Shown: in pieces, positions 1-10,516 of the stretch
Layout of the letters: each line of letters starts with the position of its first letter
Position numbering within the stretch: the first letter of the stretch is position 1
Sequence record: NC_054902.1
DNA: 64,000 bases
From: Enterobacteria phage Aplg8
Reading direction: 5' to 3' (one strand)
Made by a program: the position numbers and the translations under genes
Notes under the pieces: model-generated
What the model saw: the letters and a program-made list of their open reading frames with translations, nothing else
Database searches by the model: none
What the model was told of the DNA's origin: nothing

Positions 1-90
1 TAAGGCCAAGAATGGAACTAATAGTTCATTATAGACTAAAGCCTCACGCTCACGTTCGGCCTCTACTACGTTCTGAAGATTATGACTCAT
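1..90 (-). CDS. hypothetical protein, N-terminal fragment (gene continues past window start)
   Basis: ATG at 90..88 (minus) just after stop of upstream ORF; reads MSHNLQNVVEAEREREALVYNELLV to the window edge. Confidence 0.3.
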   Translation of the reverse strand, partial: MSHNLQNVVEAEREREALVYNELLVPFLAL

Positions 91-379
91 ATTGTTCCTT
101 ATAACTATCAATGTAGTCCTGTATGTCGAAGAATGACATTTCATATTCTAGGACATTAAGAGCCCGTTCTTCAGTATAGTCAGAACCAAAGACGATAGTG
201 ATTTCACCAGGCTTCATATGGTTGAAATCGACACTAAAAGGAATACGAGAACAGACTTCATCTTCCATATCTACGATAACACTACGACACACTTCTCGGT
301 TAACCTGATAAAGCTCTGCAAGTTCTTCACAACGAATAACAAGTTCAGTGGCAGGATTTTCTTTGATTTTAGTAAACAT
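80..379 (-). CDS. hypothetical acidic protein (weak candidate for Arn-like anti-restriction protein)
   Basis: 99-aa Asp/Glu-rich ORF, five ORFs below motA where T4 carries arn; identity not verified. Confidence 0.4.
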   Translation of the reverse strand: MFTKIKENPATELVIRCEELAELYQVNREVCRSVIVDMEDEVCSRIPFSVDFNHMKPGEITIVFGSDYTEERALNVLEYEMSFFDIQDYIDSYKEQYES

Positions 380-453
380 AGTCTTTACCCTTATGTTTTT
401 GTTTGCGTTTAGATTGAAGTTCTGATTTCTTCTTGTACTTATGGACAGAAGCC

Positions 454-681
454 TTATTGAAATCGTGTTTTGCTACAAGATTGTTCATAATGATTTATAA
501 CCTCGTTTAAACATTTACTAGTGAAAGAAAACTTTTTAGCCACAGAGCATTCGATAATGTGCTCTTTCAAATCTTTAGAGTTAGTATAACCCATCTCAGT
601 AATAAAGTGGCGAATTAAAGCTTTATTCTTATCATTAACAGAATTAAAATAATCTGCTTTAGAATCAATTATTCTCATCAT
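454..681 (-). CDS. hypothetical protein
   Basis: 75-aa ORF in arn-motA interval; tight packing with neighbours; no recognisable motif. Confidence 0.4.
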   Translation of the reverse strand: MMRIIDSKADYFNSVNDKNKALIRHFITEMGYTNSKDLKEHIIECSVAKKFSFTSKCLNEVINHYEQSCSKTRFQ

Positions 682-946
682 CTAATTTCCTTAATTGATA
701 CTGCAACGAGCTAATAATTTCTTCGTTCATTTTAATATACATGTCGCGCAAGAAAGGTTTTAACCCGTCACGAATAATTGCTAACGTATCACCTTTACAT
801 AAATTAACCAAATAAGGATGGTCTAAAGCATCCCAACCAGGCTGATTAGCATACATACCATAATTTTCTTCCATCATAGCATTCAGGCGTTTGATATGAT
901 TAATGTTGGCTTCAATAGCATCAATCTGGAGTTGTTTAAGATTCAT
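665..946 (-). CDS. hypothetical protein
   Basis: 93-aa ORF, overlaps neighbours by a few nt as typical for T4 operons. Confidence 0.45.
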   Translation of the reverse strand: MNLKQLQIDAIEANINHIKRLNAMMEENYGMYANQPGWDALDHPYLVNLCKGDTLAIIRDGLKPFLRDMYIKMNEEIISSLQYQLRKLDDENN

Positions 947-1407
947 TAGTAAAGGTCCTCAGAGTAAAGTTCTTTTTCACTACCACCACGTTCAATACGT
1001 ACTTGTCCAGCGTAAGTTGCAATAATCATTGCTTCTTCACGTGTCCAATAATTACTATATTGGTCAATAAACCCTTGGTCATCATCACAAACTTGTTGAG
1101 TAACTAATTGAGGTTTAACTACATCTAAAACTTCTGCCATATCTTTAGAATAATGACGAGCACCTGGAATAATAAGAGTTCGTCCATCTTTTAATTTAAA
1201 ACGGTTGGCTGCACAGACAATTCGTCGTTGATACTTTTGGTTTTCATCCCAGTACGCAGTCTGCCAACAGATTTCAGGAACTTCTTTCAGAATATCTTCT
1301 TCTGTGCATTTATAACCATGCGCTTTAAATTTTTCAACAAGACTTTCTGGAGTTTCACGAGATAAAGGAACATTCAGCATTTTTAAACGATTAACAAACG
1401 GGTTCAT
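946..1407 (-). CDS. hypothetical protein
   Basis: 153-aa ORF, stop/start juxtaposed with flanking ORFs. Confidence 0.5.
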   Translation of the reverse strand: MNPFVNRLKMLNVPLSRETPESLVEKFKAHGYKCTEEDILKEVPEICWQTAYWDENQKYQRRIVCAANRFKLKDGRTLIIPGARHYSKDMAEVLDVVKPQLVTQQVCDDDQGFIDQYSNYWTREEAMIIATYAGQVRIERGGSEKELYSEDLY

Positions 1408-1733
1408 TTAAACCATCCTTTAATACGTTGCCACAAAGTTTTCTGTTGAGCTTTGTTAACACCAATTGAACGAATAACTGGTTGAGATTCCTGGAATTCT
1501 TTATAATCAGCAAGGTAAATTTCATAAGCCGCTTGAACAAAAGTACTAATCGCTGCCATAAAGTTCTTGCGAATTCCCATAGAGGCTTCAGAACCACCAC
1601 GGATGATTAAATATTTACCAGTCTTAATCTTTACAATAGTTCCAAGATAAGCTCCATGGTACCAAATATCCCAACCCTCTTGAGTAGGTTCTGCACAACG
1701 ACGAAGTTCATTGACAATTTCTAACTTGTTCAT
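1404..1733 (-). CDS. hypothetical protein
   Basis: 109-aa ORF immediately below motA. Confidence 0.5.
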   Translation of the reverse strand: MNKLEIVNELRRCAEPTQEGWDIWYHGAYLGTIVKIKTGKYLIIRGGSEASMGIRKNFMAAISTFVQAAYEIYLADYKEFQESQPVIRSIGVNKAQQKTLWQRIKGWFK

Positions 1734-1743
1734 TATTTATTCC

Positions 1744-2379
1744 TCACAGTTCAGATGCTACAGTGATTACAGCTTCAATGTTTTCTACTGAGCGTTTAAT
1801 GTCAAGATACACATTACCGTTTTTAGCGATTTTACATGACATTCCGATATCAGTAAATTTCTGAATATGATGTTCCATCATTTTGTATCCAAAAATTCGC
1901 ATGTTTCCATTGTTGTTAATTTCAAAATTACGAATTCCGTGAGTGCGTTTTTCTAAAATAGCGAGATAGTTACTGCGATAAGTTTCGACCTTTTTAAGAA
2001 CAAATCCATTTTCATCTAAAAGTTTTAACATGAGGTCTTTATCTTCTTCCATATCAGAAGTAATCTCACGAGCTTTACGAGTTGCTCGTTTTTTCAGCAG
2101 TTCCGGAGCATTTTCCTGCGCGTATAAAGTTGCTGCGTTTGAAATAATATCCTGAGCTTCACCTGTAATGATTAATCCATCACCAGATTTCTCCACCAGG
2201 CCTTTTTTAATCAATACCCCAATATTACTATTAACTACTGCGTTACCTAAATCTGGATGCACCTCACGAACTTCTGCAGCTGTAATGAAATCTTTCTTAG
2301 CAATGGTAATTAAAATCGCAGCAGTTTTTTCATTCAGAACATCGTTAGAAGCTTTGATGATGTAAGTTACTTTAGACAT
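1744..2379 (-). CDS. motA: MotA, activator of middle transcription
   Basis: 211 aa; sequence MSKVTYIIKASNDVLNEKTA...ITIAKKDFITAAEVREVHPDLG recognised as T4 MotA; same length as T4 MotA. Confidence 0.93.
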   Translation of the reverse strand: MSKVTYIIKASNDVLNEKTAAILITIAKKDFITAAEVREVHPDLGNAVVNSNIGVLIKKGLVEKSGDGLIITGEAQDIISNAATLYAQENAPELLKKRATRKAREITSDMEEDKDLMLKLLDENGFVLKKVETYRSNYLAILEKRTHGIRNFEINNNGNMRIFGYKMMEHHIQKFTDIGMSCKIAKNGNVYLDIKRSVENIEAVITVASEL

Positions 2380-2420
2380 TTTCTAATCTCCGTAATTCTG
2401 TATCAGTAGTTGATAGTTGT

Positions 2421-2450
2421 ATAGTACCACAGTATGCTTTGGTTGTAAAC
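2421..2450 (-). promoter_or_regulatory. early promoter (GTTTAC -35, 18-bp spacer, TACTAT -10) upstream of motA
   Basis: minus-strand GTTTAC at 2450..2445 and TACTAT at 2426..2421, followed by conserved CAACTATCAACTAC leader shared with 5 other sites. Confidence 0.6.
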
Positions 2451-2470
2451 CGTTTTGTGAAAAAAATTTT

Positions 2471-2502
2471 TGAAATAAAAAAGGGAGAGCCGAGGCTCTC
2501 CC
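2471..2502 (-). terminator. intrinsic terminator (GC-rich hairpin + U tract) after small ORF below gene 52
   Basis: inverted repeat gggagagcc/ggctctccc 2483..2502 followed on mRNA strand by UUUUUUAUUU. Confidence 0.6.
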
Positions 2503-2507
2503 TAAAA

Positions 2508-2657
2508 TTACTGCATGACTGTGATAACTGTCATGATAACACGTTGAATTCCGAACGCAAGAAGACCTCCTGCTACGGCTGGAACAACACCTAAACCCGC
2601 CAGTAAAATGCTACCGGATACTAATGCAGCGCTTGTAATACCTATGAATGGACTCAT
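2508..2657 (-). CDS. small hydrophobic protein (49 aa)
   Basis: hand-translated MSPFIGITSAALVSGSILLAGLGVVPAVAGG...; its ATG overlaps gene 52 TGA stop (ATGA). Confidence 0.45.
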   Translation of the reverse strand: MSPFIGITSAALVSGSILLAGLGVVPAVAGGLLAFGIQRVIMTVITVMQ

Positions 2658-3982
2658 TTGATTTCCTCTAAATCTTTAGTGTATTCGGTAACTACATCAG
2701 TAGTTTTCCAATATTCGTTTTCTTCTTTCTTAGCTTTAGCTTCTTCAGCAAGTTTCTTTGCTTCGTCGGAAGTCATATGAAAAATATTCATTCCGACTAG
2801 TTTATCAACATAAGAAGAATACATCTCAATTTTAGAAAGTTCTTCGGTCAGTTCTTTACGAGTTTTACCTTGAACAACAATTTCACCTGAAATTACTTTC
2901 TTAATGAAATGTGCCTTGGCAAAGGCTAAACGAAAAGCTGACTCAGTTTCTTTGATTTTGTTATCAATTCGTTTTTGGACATAAGTTTTACGAACTTCAA
3001 CAAAGTCTTTAATTAAATCAACTACGTTATCGTAAACTTGCAGTTTTCCTTTCTCATTAATGACGGTAATATTCTGAGAACGACGCTCAATCAACCCGAA
3101 GTCTTTCATAATTTTTGCATGGCGTTCTTCTTCATTATCGCTCAAAGAATATTCTTTACGGAATTTAACTTTGAATCCAAAACCATGCTCACCACAAGCA
3201 TCATCCCATGTAATGAAGCCTTTATCTTCAAGTGGGTCTAAGATTTTACTCACATAAGTTTCACGATCATACTTATACGGAATCTCAGTGATATGCATTT
3301 GAGTTCGTGAAGTAAACTTATATGTTCCACGAATTTCATATTGCCCATCAATTTCAACGACTTCACCACGAAATTCTGGGAATTCTACCTTCGGTTTAGT
3401 TACTTTCTTTCCTTGAAGAGCTTGCAGTACAGCTTTCTTAACAGAAGAAACACTATGAGGAAGAATGTAAGTTGCATAACCAGTTGCAATACCGGAAACG
3501 CCATTAAGAAGAACAGTAGGAATAATAGGCAAATAGAAAGCAGGCGGAATGTGTTCTTTATCTTGATGTACCGGAGCATATTCAGTATCTTTATATACGT
3601 TATAGAAATTTTTACTTACACGAGCAAAAATATAACGACTTGCTGCTGCTTTTTGGACGGTACGAGAACCGAAGTTTCCTTGACCATCTAACAAAGGAAA
3701 GTTATTATTCCAAGTGTTAGCCATCAAAGCCCCCGCATCTTGTGCAGAGTTTTCACCATGGTGATATCCAAGGTCCGCTACACCACCTGCAATAGAAGCG
3801 AGTTTGTGAAACTTATCTTTATTTCCTCGTGCCAAATCAAGAGCTCGAGCAATAACAAATCGTTGAACTGGCTTAAATCCATCAATCATATTTGGAATAG
3901 CACGATTTTCAACCGTGTACATAGCATAAGCCAATGCTTCATTATCAATGATACTTTTTAAATCGCGATTATTCAGTTGCAT
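2654..3982 (-). CDS. 52: DNA topoisomerase II medium subunit gp52 (GyrA-like)
   Basis: 442 aa, same length as T4 gp52; GyrA/ParC-like N-terminal motifs (FKPVQRFVI...); position between motA and rIIB. Confidence 0.9.
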   Translation of the reverse strand: MQLNNRDLKSIIDNEALAYAMYTVENRAIPNMIDGFKPVQRFVIARALDLARGNKDKFHKLASIAGGVADLGYHHGENSAQDAGALMANTWNNNFPLLDGQGNFGSRTVQKAAASRYIFARVSKNFYNVYKDTEYAPVHQDKEHIPPAFYLPIIPTVLLNGVSGIATGYATYILPHSVSSVKKAVLQALQGKKVTKPKVEFPEFRGEVVEIDGQYEIRGTYKFTSRTQMHITEIPYKYDRETYVSKILDPLEDKGFITWDDACGEHGFGFKVKFRKEYSLSDNEEERHAKIMKDFGLIERRSQNITVINEKGKLQVYDNVVDLIKDFVEVRKTYVQKRIDNKIKETESAFRLAFAKAHFIKKVISGEIVVQGKTRKELTEELSKIEMYSSYVDKLVGMNIFHMTSDEAKKLAEEAKAKKEENEYWKTTDVVTEYTKDLEEIK

Positions 3983-3986
3983 AAAT

Positions 3987-4127
3987 TTACCATACTAGTG
4001 AATGTAGTGCCATAATAACATCAGAAATGAAAAGCACGACTTGAATTAATCCAAACATTACTCCATAATATAGTGCTATTAATAAAATAGCAAGGGCTAA
4101 TGAATAGCCCAAGATTTTCTTAATCAT
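3987..4127 (-). CDS. small hydrophobic membrane protein (46 aa)
   Basis: hand-translated MIKKILGYSLALAILLIALYYGVMFGLIQVV...; fills gap upstream of gene 52. Confidence 0.35.
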   Translation of the reverse strand: MIKKILGYSLALAILLIALYYGVMFGLIQVVLFISDVIMALHSLVW

Positions 4128-4278
4128 TAGTAGATAACAACACAAATGTTAAATATGCACACATACCCTGAGCTAAAGCTTGCGAAAACACACTGCTGGC
4201 ATCAATACAGATAGTTAAAACACATGCTACTATCCAACAAATAAATGAAATAACTCCTAATAATTTTGCAATATTCAT
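4120..4278 (-). CDS. small membrane protein, paralogue of Ac (52.1-like)
   Basis: MNIAKLLGVISFICWIVACVLTICIDASSVFSQALAQG...; GAGGAG SD 6 nt upstream; shares SVF.QA.AQG motif with ac product. Confidence 0.55.
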   Translation of the reverse strand: MNIAKLLGVISFICWIVACVLTICIDASSVFSQALAQGMCAYLTFVLLSTND

Positions 4279-4288
4279 AATATTCTCC

Positions 4289-4444
4289 TCAACTATTTTT
4301 AGAACCAATGTACGCGAATAATGATAAAATCGCTAATACGCCCTGAGCTGATGCTTGCAAAAATACTGAAGTTTCTCCAGTTATTACTGTTCCGATGCAT
4401 AAAAAGAACCAACAGAAAAAGGCTATACCGTGAACAAATTTCAT
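4289..4444 (-). CDS. ac: Ac-like small membrane protein (acridine sensitivity locus), 51 aa
   Basis: hand-translated MKFVHGIAFFCWFFLCIGTVITGETSVFLQASAQGVLAILSLFAYIGSKNS; position between 52 and stp as in T4. Confidence 0.6.
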   Translation of the reverse strand: MKFVHGIAFFCWFFLCIGTVITGETSVFLQASAQGVLAILSLFAYIGSKNS

Positions 4445-4451
4445 ATTTTCC

Positions 4452-4532
4452 TCACTGGCGTCCGAAGACGCCTTTGGTTTTAAGATTGTTACGATAGAAC
4501 TGCATCACGTGTTCGTTGTGGAAATTACTCAT
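4452..4532 (-). CDS. stp: Stp peptide (26 aa), activator of host PrrC anticodon nuclease
   Basis: hand-translated [26 protein letters not shown] matches T4 Stp as remembered; ATG overlaps ndd stop (TAATG). Confidence 0.85.
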
Positions 4533-4990
4533 TAATATGCCTGCAAAACGAATTTAAAGTTATCAGCCAACATACGGTTCATTTCTTCAAGTGTTTGATA
4601 CTCAGAATGATGATTACGAGTAAACGCCAAAGCTAACTGACCTTTACCAAATCCTGTCGTCAGAGGTTTCATCTTAGAAGCAGGCAGATAAAATACTGTG
4701 TATGGAACATTGTTATTTGCAATAGTACGTGCAAGCTGAGACCGACGTTGACGAATATGACTTAGAACTGCACTGAATCCTTGCTTAGAACGCTGATTAC
4801 CTACATAAAATCGTGCAGACACGCATGGATTACTAAATGGACGACCATCTAATTTACTTACTAAAAAGTAAAATCCAGGTTTAGATAAAATATCTTTATG
4901 CGGAGTTCCCAAAAACCATTCACCACCCTTGATTGTACCAATAACAGTAGCACCTGCGTTGTTCAGATCAGTAACAGTCATATATTTCAT
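4532..4990 (-). CDS. ndd: Ndd nucleoid disruption protein
   Basis: 152 aa from [13 protein letters not shown] with GAGGAAA SD; position after stp as in T4; track ORF start trimmed to SD-supported ATG. Confidence 0.8.
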
Positions 4991-5048
4991 ATTAATTTCC
5001 TCTAAATTATTTTCTACTCCAAGGCCGCATGAATACGCGGCCATTAAA

Positions 5049-5264
5049 TTAATCGTCACAGTCGACGCTCAATTCCCAAAACTCTTCTACGGTATAAGTT
5101 TCAGTATCATTTTCAATACAGAAACGTTCATTACTGTTATTTGCTAAAGTAGCATTAACTGTCGGTTTCTCGCTAGTGCTCTTAAGAGGTGAAATACGAA
5201 TTAACTGATCACCGTTATCTAAACAGAAAATTTCACCAACTTTTACATCTTTAAAACTTTTCAT
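5049..5264 (-). CDS. hypothetical protein (ndd.1 position)
   Basis: 71-aa ORF, acidic C-terminus. Confidence 0.5.
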   Translation of the reverse strand: MKSFKDVKVGEIFCLDNGDQLIRISPLKSTSEKPTVNATLANNSNERFCIENDTETYTVEEFWELSVDCDD

Positions 5265-5379
5265 AATTCACCTCAAGGAGTATAAAATCCAAATGCAGTT
5301 GTTGACCATCCCATCCAATACGGAAAATTTGCACCAATGTAAAACATAAGAATATAAAACCAAATGTTTAGTAAATTCA

Positions 5380-5598
5380 TCATTTTACACCATTCCAAAT
5401 TGTTTCAACTACGGATTTTAAACCATTTTGATGAATATCCATTCCGACTACCGCCATCAAATAGATTCCAACTACAACTGAACCTAAGGCAAAAATCAGC
5501 ATGAAAATGAATAAAGCCGGAAAAATATTATCGAAAAACCATTCAATAAATGTAAAAGCACTGCGTTTACGCTTCATATTTTCCTCACATAAATCCAA
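5380..5598 (-). CDS. hypothetical membrane protein
   Basis: 72-aa ORF with long hydrophobic segment. Confidence 0.45.
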   Translation of the reverse strand: MDLCEENMKRKRSAFTFIEWFFDNIFPALFIFMLIFALGSVVVGIYLMAVVGMDIHQNGLKSVVETIWNGVK

Positions 5599-5698
5599 AG
5601 TAAACGTTTAATACATCAATCATTAAAACGATTGGGAATATACTCAAAACTACTAGTATTATAACTACATTCCATATAGCTTTAACAATCTTTTTCAT
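5585..5698 (-). CDS. small hydrophobic protein (37 aa)
   Basis: MKKIVKAIWNVVIILVVLSIF...; GGAGGAACAG SD; track ORF N-terminus is read-through of promoter/leader. Confidence 0.45.
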   Translation of the reverse strand: MKKIVKAIWNVVIILVVLSIFPIVLMIDVLNVYFGFM

Positions 5699-5726
5699 TT
5701 TCTGTTCCTCCGTAGTTGATAGGGTA

Positions 5727-5756
5727 ATAGTACCACGGAAGAACAGTCTTGTAAAC
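5727..5756 (-). promoter_or_regulatory. early promoter
   Basis: GTTTAC (5756..5751) - 18 bp - TACTAT (5732..5727) on minus strand. Confidence 0.55.
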
Positions 5757-5941
5757 AACTTTTTTAAAAATATTCGTAATAAATGTGAATACCAACTACT
5801 ACCGCTGAAACCTGTGCAACCCACCACGCACAAGCAATAAGTACAGAATTCAAAATTTTCATAATAACCTCATCACAAAAGTAAATGTTAAACAAATTAC
5901 TGGAATACTAATTAACCAAACAAAACACCACCATAGTGAAC

Positions 5942-6205
5942 TCATAACTCAATCTCAGCGATTTTCATTTCATTACTATTAATAGCCGCTTTAAGACTAT
6001 CTGAAAGAATTACATTCCAGTGGTCATTCATATGACCATTAACTAAGCGTGTAATTTCTTCAGGAGTTGAAAAATAAGGCTGATCAGACTCCCAATGCGA
6101 TAATCCTAAGCGAGTATAAATCATGCCTTCATCATCACTAGAATATTCAACTGACACAAACTCATCAGTTATTTTATGTTTAGCGTAATAAAATTTAAAT
6201 TTCAT
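5942..6205 (-). CDS. hypothetical protein
   Basis: 87 aa from MKFKFYYAKHK; upstream part of track ORF is promoter/leader read-through. Confidence 0.5.
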   Translation of the reverse strand: MKFKFYYAKHKITDEFVSVEYSSDDEGMIYTRLGLSHWESDQPYFSTPEEITRLVNGHMNDHWNVILSDSLKAAINSNEMKIAEIEL

Positions 6206-6239
6206 TTTATTCTCCAAATCCGTATCAGTTGATAGTTGT

Positions 6240-6269
6240 ATAGTACCACGGTCCTTGTGGTACGTAAAC
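6240..6269 (-). promoter_or_regulatory. early promoter
   Basis: GTTTAC (6269..6264) - 18 bp - TACTAT (6245..6240); conserved leader CAACTATCAACTGATACGG. Confidence 0.55.
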
Positions 6270-6285
6270 TGTTTTGTGAAATTTT

Positions 6286-6843
6286 TTAAATGGAAAGATA
6301 CCATCCGTTGTAGTTGCTTTTTCTTACAACCCTACGAAGGTCTTCTCTGTCACCGATGAACTTCGGAGTGTACTGGATGACACCTGGATGAATTTCTTTA
6401 GTGTTGAATATAATTATACAGTCAGCGACTTGATGATTTAGAATGGGCCCTAGATTTATTCCAGAACCATATGGATACTCTCCGCTGCATCCTGTTGTTA
6501 CCGAAATCCAACGTGAGTCAGTTTGATGTGTCTTAACTTCTACGCGAAGCCCGCAATATTTTGGATGCGCCAATACATCCCATGCATATGTGTACGGATC
6601 ATCGACATCTTCTTGGCCTTTATTGACATATCCGCTTAGCCAATCTGCCACAAAAAACTCTGCGTACACAGCGATACGGCATCTTTCGATAACTTCTGCC
6701 TTATCCTGGTTCGGGTTTTGTTTTAAAGAGTATCTTACAGTATCAGCAATTTTGACCTTCATTTCATTGGTTAAATCGCTGTTCGATAGAGTAAATGTCG
6801 GAATCTGAAATAGTCTCTGTAACCCAGGATTCGTTTTCTGCAT
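6286..6843 (-). CDS. denB: DenB, endonuclease IV (dC-DNA specific)
   Basis: 185 aa, same size and position (just left of rIIB) as T4 denB. Confidence 0.7.
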   Translation of the reverse strand: MQKTNPGLQRLFQIPTFTLSNSDLTNEMKVKIADTVRYSLKQNPNQDKAEVIERCRIAVYAEFFVADWLSGYVNKGQEDVDDPYTYAWDVLAHPKYCGLRVEVKTHQTDSRWISVTTGCSGEYPYGSGINLGPILNHQVADCIIIFNTKEIHPGVIQYTPKFIGDREDLRRVVRKSNYNGWYLSI

Positions 6844-6926
6844 TTAAACTTTCCTTTATGTCGGAATCACTGATATTCATATAAATCATAATTTCTCTTA
6901 AAACAAAAGGGCCGAAGCCCCTTATT

Positions 6927-7121
6927 TTATTTGAATTGTGCAATTCTTTTCTCTAGACACTCAGCATAAGATTTCATTGAGATGAACTGTGAAAGCAGCA
7001 GTTCTTGCTCAACTGCACTAACCGTTAGAAACTTTGTGCTTTCTAAAAATTTGCTCAGTGCATTAATTTTGAGCATTAATTGATCGTATTCTTCTTTTAC
7101 TCGTGCTTGATAACCTAACAT
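6927..7121 (-). CDS. hypothetical protein
   Basis: 64-aa ORF between denB and rIIB, flanked by UUCG hairpins. Confidence 0.5.
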   Translation of the reverse strand: MLGYQARVKEEYDQLMLKINALSKFLESTKFLTVSAVEQELLLSQFISMKSYAECLEKRIAQFK

Positions 7122-7149
7122 AATTTTCCTTAGTTAAGGGCCGAAGCCC

Positions 7150-8088
7150 TTATTTAAATTGTTCAGTAACGTCTTCAACTACTTCGTATTGGCAGGTACG
7201 CATTTTAGCATCGTTGTAATCAATCGGAATTGATACTACATCACGTGGATGTACTTTAACTTTTACAACTCGGCTAGTTGAACTGCCAAAGTGACGAATA
7301 TAAGATTTAGAACACACATGCAGACCACGAGAACAAGTTTGTGTATCATCGTCATTCACACGAGTACGCGGCATTTTAACTACTTTACCAGGACTGTTAT
7401 CAAAGGTGTTTGAGTGACAGTCAAAGTAGTTGTCACGAACTACTTTCCAAGCATAGAAGTAACCATCTTCTGTAATTTCAATATCGTTTGCTACCAAGAA
7501 ATCAAAGAGTCGAGATACCGCTTTCTGGCTTGGGTTTTCCAGCAGATTTTCCAAGAACGGAAAATAAAATTCAAAGTTTTCACCTTTTTCCATCGAATCG
7601 AGAATACGATCAACTAAACCAGACCGTAATTCGATATTTTGATAGAACAAGCTTCCGCCTTCAATTCGAACATCGCCGGAAATATATTTTTCAACAGCGC
7701 GACGAACATTAATTTTTTGTGCCGCTTCTTCCAGCTTATCCGCTACAAGCAGATTAAGAATTTCCTGGAAGTTTGAATGAGTATTAGGAGTTGCGTTATA
7801 AGTTACACCGTCAACAGTAATTGAAATGAATTTTTTAGATGCATTCCAAATAATGTCAGATTTAGCAACTGGAGCAATAACTTCATCGCTATTAACTTTA
7901 ACTGTAATATCACCGCTAATAGTAACTTTAGGGTGTTTAGCTTCTTCAGCATTTTTCAAAACACGACGGATTGTGTCAACCGATACATCCTTCCAATAAG
8001 CTAATTCCTGCTGAGTGTAATTACCGCTTGAATACAGTTTAACAATTTCAGCTTGTTCGTTTTTGGTCAGGCATTTAATATTGTACAT
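7150..8088 (-). CDS. rIIB: rIIB protein
   Basis: 312 aa (T4 rIIB length); adjacent to rIIA; MYNIKCLTKNEQAEIVKLY N-terminus. Confidence 0.9.
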   Translation of the reverse strand: MYNIKCLTKNEQAEIVKLYSSGNYTQQELAYWKDVSVDTIRRVLKNAEEAKHPKVTISGDITVKVNSDEVIAPVAKSDIIWNASKKFISITVDGVTYNATPNTHSNFQEILNLLVADKLEEAAQKINVRRAVEKYISGDVRIEGGSLFYQNIELRSGLVDRILDSMEKGENFEFYFPFLENLLENPSQKAVSRLFDFLVANDIEITEDGYFYAWKVVRDNYFDCHSNTFDNSPGKVVKMPRTRVNDDDTQTCSRGLHVCSKSYIRHFGSSTSRVVKVKVHPRDVVSIPIDYNDAKMRTCQYEVVEDVTEQFK

Positions 8089-8099
8089 AATTTTCCTTA

Positions 8100-10277
8100 T
8101 TAGGCCGCAAGGGCCTTCATAGTTTTAGCGATTTGGGAAACTTCATCATCACTTAAAGAACTGCGATATCCGATGAAGTCGGAAACAATACGGAATTTCT
8201 TGGTAAACTCAGCAACCATTTTATCACTGTTTTTTGAAGCATTATTTGATAATACATCAAAAAGATTAGTTACTGTCCAGATGTCATGACCGATGGTATC
8301 TTTTCCACCATTAAAATATACACCGCGCAATGAACTAACTATATTAGCGAGTCGTGTATATTCTTCAGAAACTTCATCTGTACTGAAGTACTTCATCATA
8401 AAATCTAGTTCAGGATACTTGATAATTTTATCAATATATCGTTGAGCTGAACTTGAATAACCTACATACTTATCATAATCTACATCATCAAAAGCATCTA
8501 CATATAAATCACGCAAAGCTTCAAAAATACATTGGCACTGACCAAGCTCTTTTACCTTTTTCTGCAAAAGCGGACGAATAACATAAAATTCATTAATGCC
8601 AATAAGATTAGCCATACGAATCAAAATATTCATAGATGGATGACAAAGTGATGTAGTACCATCCATAGAGAAAATATCAGAACGATGCATATACGCTACA
8701 TAACCAGTAATTTCATCTGCTTCTGACGTAAGTGTAAATAGTTCCTCTTTTTCCCAGCGCCCGTCTTTAATTTCAAACTTAAATGCTGTAGCAGCTTTAG
8801 GACGAGGAGCTTTACTTTTAACTACCTTTGGAATATAGCTTTTAACTAAAGCTTCAATTTCTGACAAATAATGAATGTTAACTTCATCACTTTCAAACAT
8901 CGCCATAATATCAGGAAGTAAATCAATCTGCGATTCTACTTCTGGGTTAATAAACAAAAGGCGTTCGTTATGATGAATATTCAAAGTGTTATTAAATTCA
9001 CTATCATCTAACGCATGTGCTAATCCACGAACAATATTAACACGATTTTTAATATTATCAATAACGATATTAATTTTTGTTGTATTAATACCAAACAGAC
9101 GATAACTTGATGCAACGGCTGAAGTTTCATGACTTTGCTTAATGCGCTTCAGTCGAGGGTCAAGATTTACTTCATACACAACTCCTGCATTGCATAACTT
9201 ACTGTCAGGTTCAAACATGCTCTGCATCTTTTTATATGACAGATTTTTAGTCGTGAATTTGACTGAATTACTAATCATATAATCTCGAGCAGAATACCCC
9301 ATCTTCATTAATTCACGATATGTGTGACGAGGAGATGTAGATTCTTTAAATCGTTTTACATCTTCATTAAATGCTTTCTCACTAAGCTCTTTAACTCGTT
9401 CAATAATATTTTTACGAGTGCGATCATCTAATGAAAGAGCTTCACGTGATGGAGCAATATCAAGTGAACCCATTGGAAATTTAATGTAATTCACTTCATT
9501 ACGAATGCTTAGCCAGTTACGGTCTCTAATAACACCATCGATAGGATAAACAATACCACCATAGATAGCATATAATCCACCACGATCAGGCCAGTATCTT
9601 TCTGGATTTACACCGTAATAGTCATCAAAATCCGGAAAATAGTCAATTTCACGGTCAAGACCATTAATGATAGCCAAATCTTTGAACGGCCGCATGATAT
9701 AAGAAACTTCATAAGCAAAGTTTCTAAAGTCTTTTTCTTCAACTGGAACTACGATTTCAATACCAGTTTTATCATCTGGACCCATTTCTTTTACGAATGT
9801 AGGTTTAATCTGTGGTCCATCGCCATCCATGTAAGCTACATAACCACGAATTTCACCTTTATGATACGAAGTAATACTAAATGTATCAGTATAACTAAAC
9901 GGAGATTTAGAACCTAAACCAAACCCGCCAATAAAGTCATTAGATTCAGCCTTAGATGAACTGAAGTATGAATTATACAGACCAGGAGAATTATCATCAC
10001 CCTGAATATCAAAATCACTCATACCCGGACCAAAATCTCGACAAACAAATCGTGGATCTAATCGTCCTGGAACTTGAATGATAAATTTTTCAGGATTTCC
10101 ATTAAGTGCATGAGCATCAATCATGTTAGTAATCAATTCACGGACTACTGCGCGAATCTTGTTTGTATACAAATCAGATGACAGAATTTTAAATACTTTA
10201 GGATTTGCTGCGATGCTAAATGCTTTTGATTTAGAACCATTGCCAAGAATTGTTTCTTTTTCAGTGGTGATAATCAT
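8100..10277 (-). CDS. rIIA: rIIA protein
   Basis: 725 aa (T4 rIIA length); HATPase-like N-terminal domain; 11-nt rIIA-rIIB junction. Confidence 0.92.
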   Translation of the reverse strand: MIITTEKETILGNGSKSKAFSIAANPKVFKILSSDLYTNKIRAVVRELITNMIDAHALNGNPEKFIIQVPGRLDPRFVCRDFGPGMSDFDIQGDDNSPGLYNSYFSSSKAESNDFIGGFGLGSKSPFSYTDTFSITSYHKGEIRGYVAYMDGDGPQIKPTFVKEMGPDDKTGIEIVVPVEEKDFRNFAYEVSYIMRPFKDLAIINGLDREIDYFPDFDDYYGVNPERYWPDRGGLYAIYGGIVYPIDGVIRDRNWLSIRNEVNYIKFPMGSLDIAPSREALSLDDRTRKNIIERVKELSEKAFNEDVKRFKESTSPRHTYRELMKMGYSARDYMISNSVKFTTKNLSYKKMQSMFEPDSKLCNAGVVYEVNLDPRLKRIKQSHETSAVASSYRLFGINTTKINIVIDNIKNRVNIVRGLAHALDDSEFNNTLNIHHNERLLFINPEVESQIDLLPDIMAMFESDEVNIHYLSEIEALVKSYIPKVVKSKAPRPKAATAFKFEIKDGRWEKEELFTLTSEADEITGYVAYMHRSDIFSMDGTTSLCHPSMNILIRMANLIGINEFYVIRPLLQKKVKELGQCQCIFEALRDLYVDAFDDVDYDKYVGYSSSAQRYIDKIIKYPELDFMMKYFSTDEVSEEYTRLANIVSSLRGVYFNGGKDTIGHDIWTVTNLFDVLSNNASKNSDKMVAEFTKKFRIVSDFIGYRSSLSDDEVSQIAKTMKALAA

Positions 10278-10287
10278 AATTTCCTCA

Positions 10288-10491
10288 TTAATTCATATTA
10301 CGCTTAATAACTTCAGCAACTTCTAGTAGTTCATCTTTAGTTGCGGTGTCTGATTGAATTTTATCTCTAATATCCTTAAAGCGGTTTTTAAACTCTTCGG
10401 CTTCTCCCATATCGAAAAAGCGTTGAATGATTCTATATTCTCGATGAACTGCTTTATCAAAAAGTTCTAAATTTACTTTATATGATTTCAT
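10288..10491 (-). CDS. hypothetical protein rIIA.1
   Basis: 67-aa ORF directly upstream of rIIA, as in T4. Confidence 0.6.
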   Translation of the reverse strand: MKSYKVNLELFDKAVHREYRIIQRFFDMGEAEEFKNRFKDIRDKIQSDTATKDELLEVAEVIKRNMN

Positions 10492-10516
10492 TTCAATATC
10501 CTCATTTGCCCAATTA

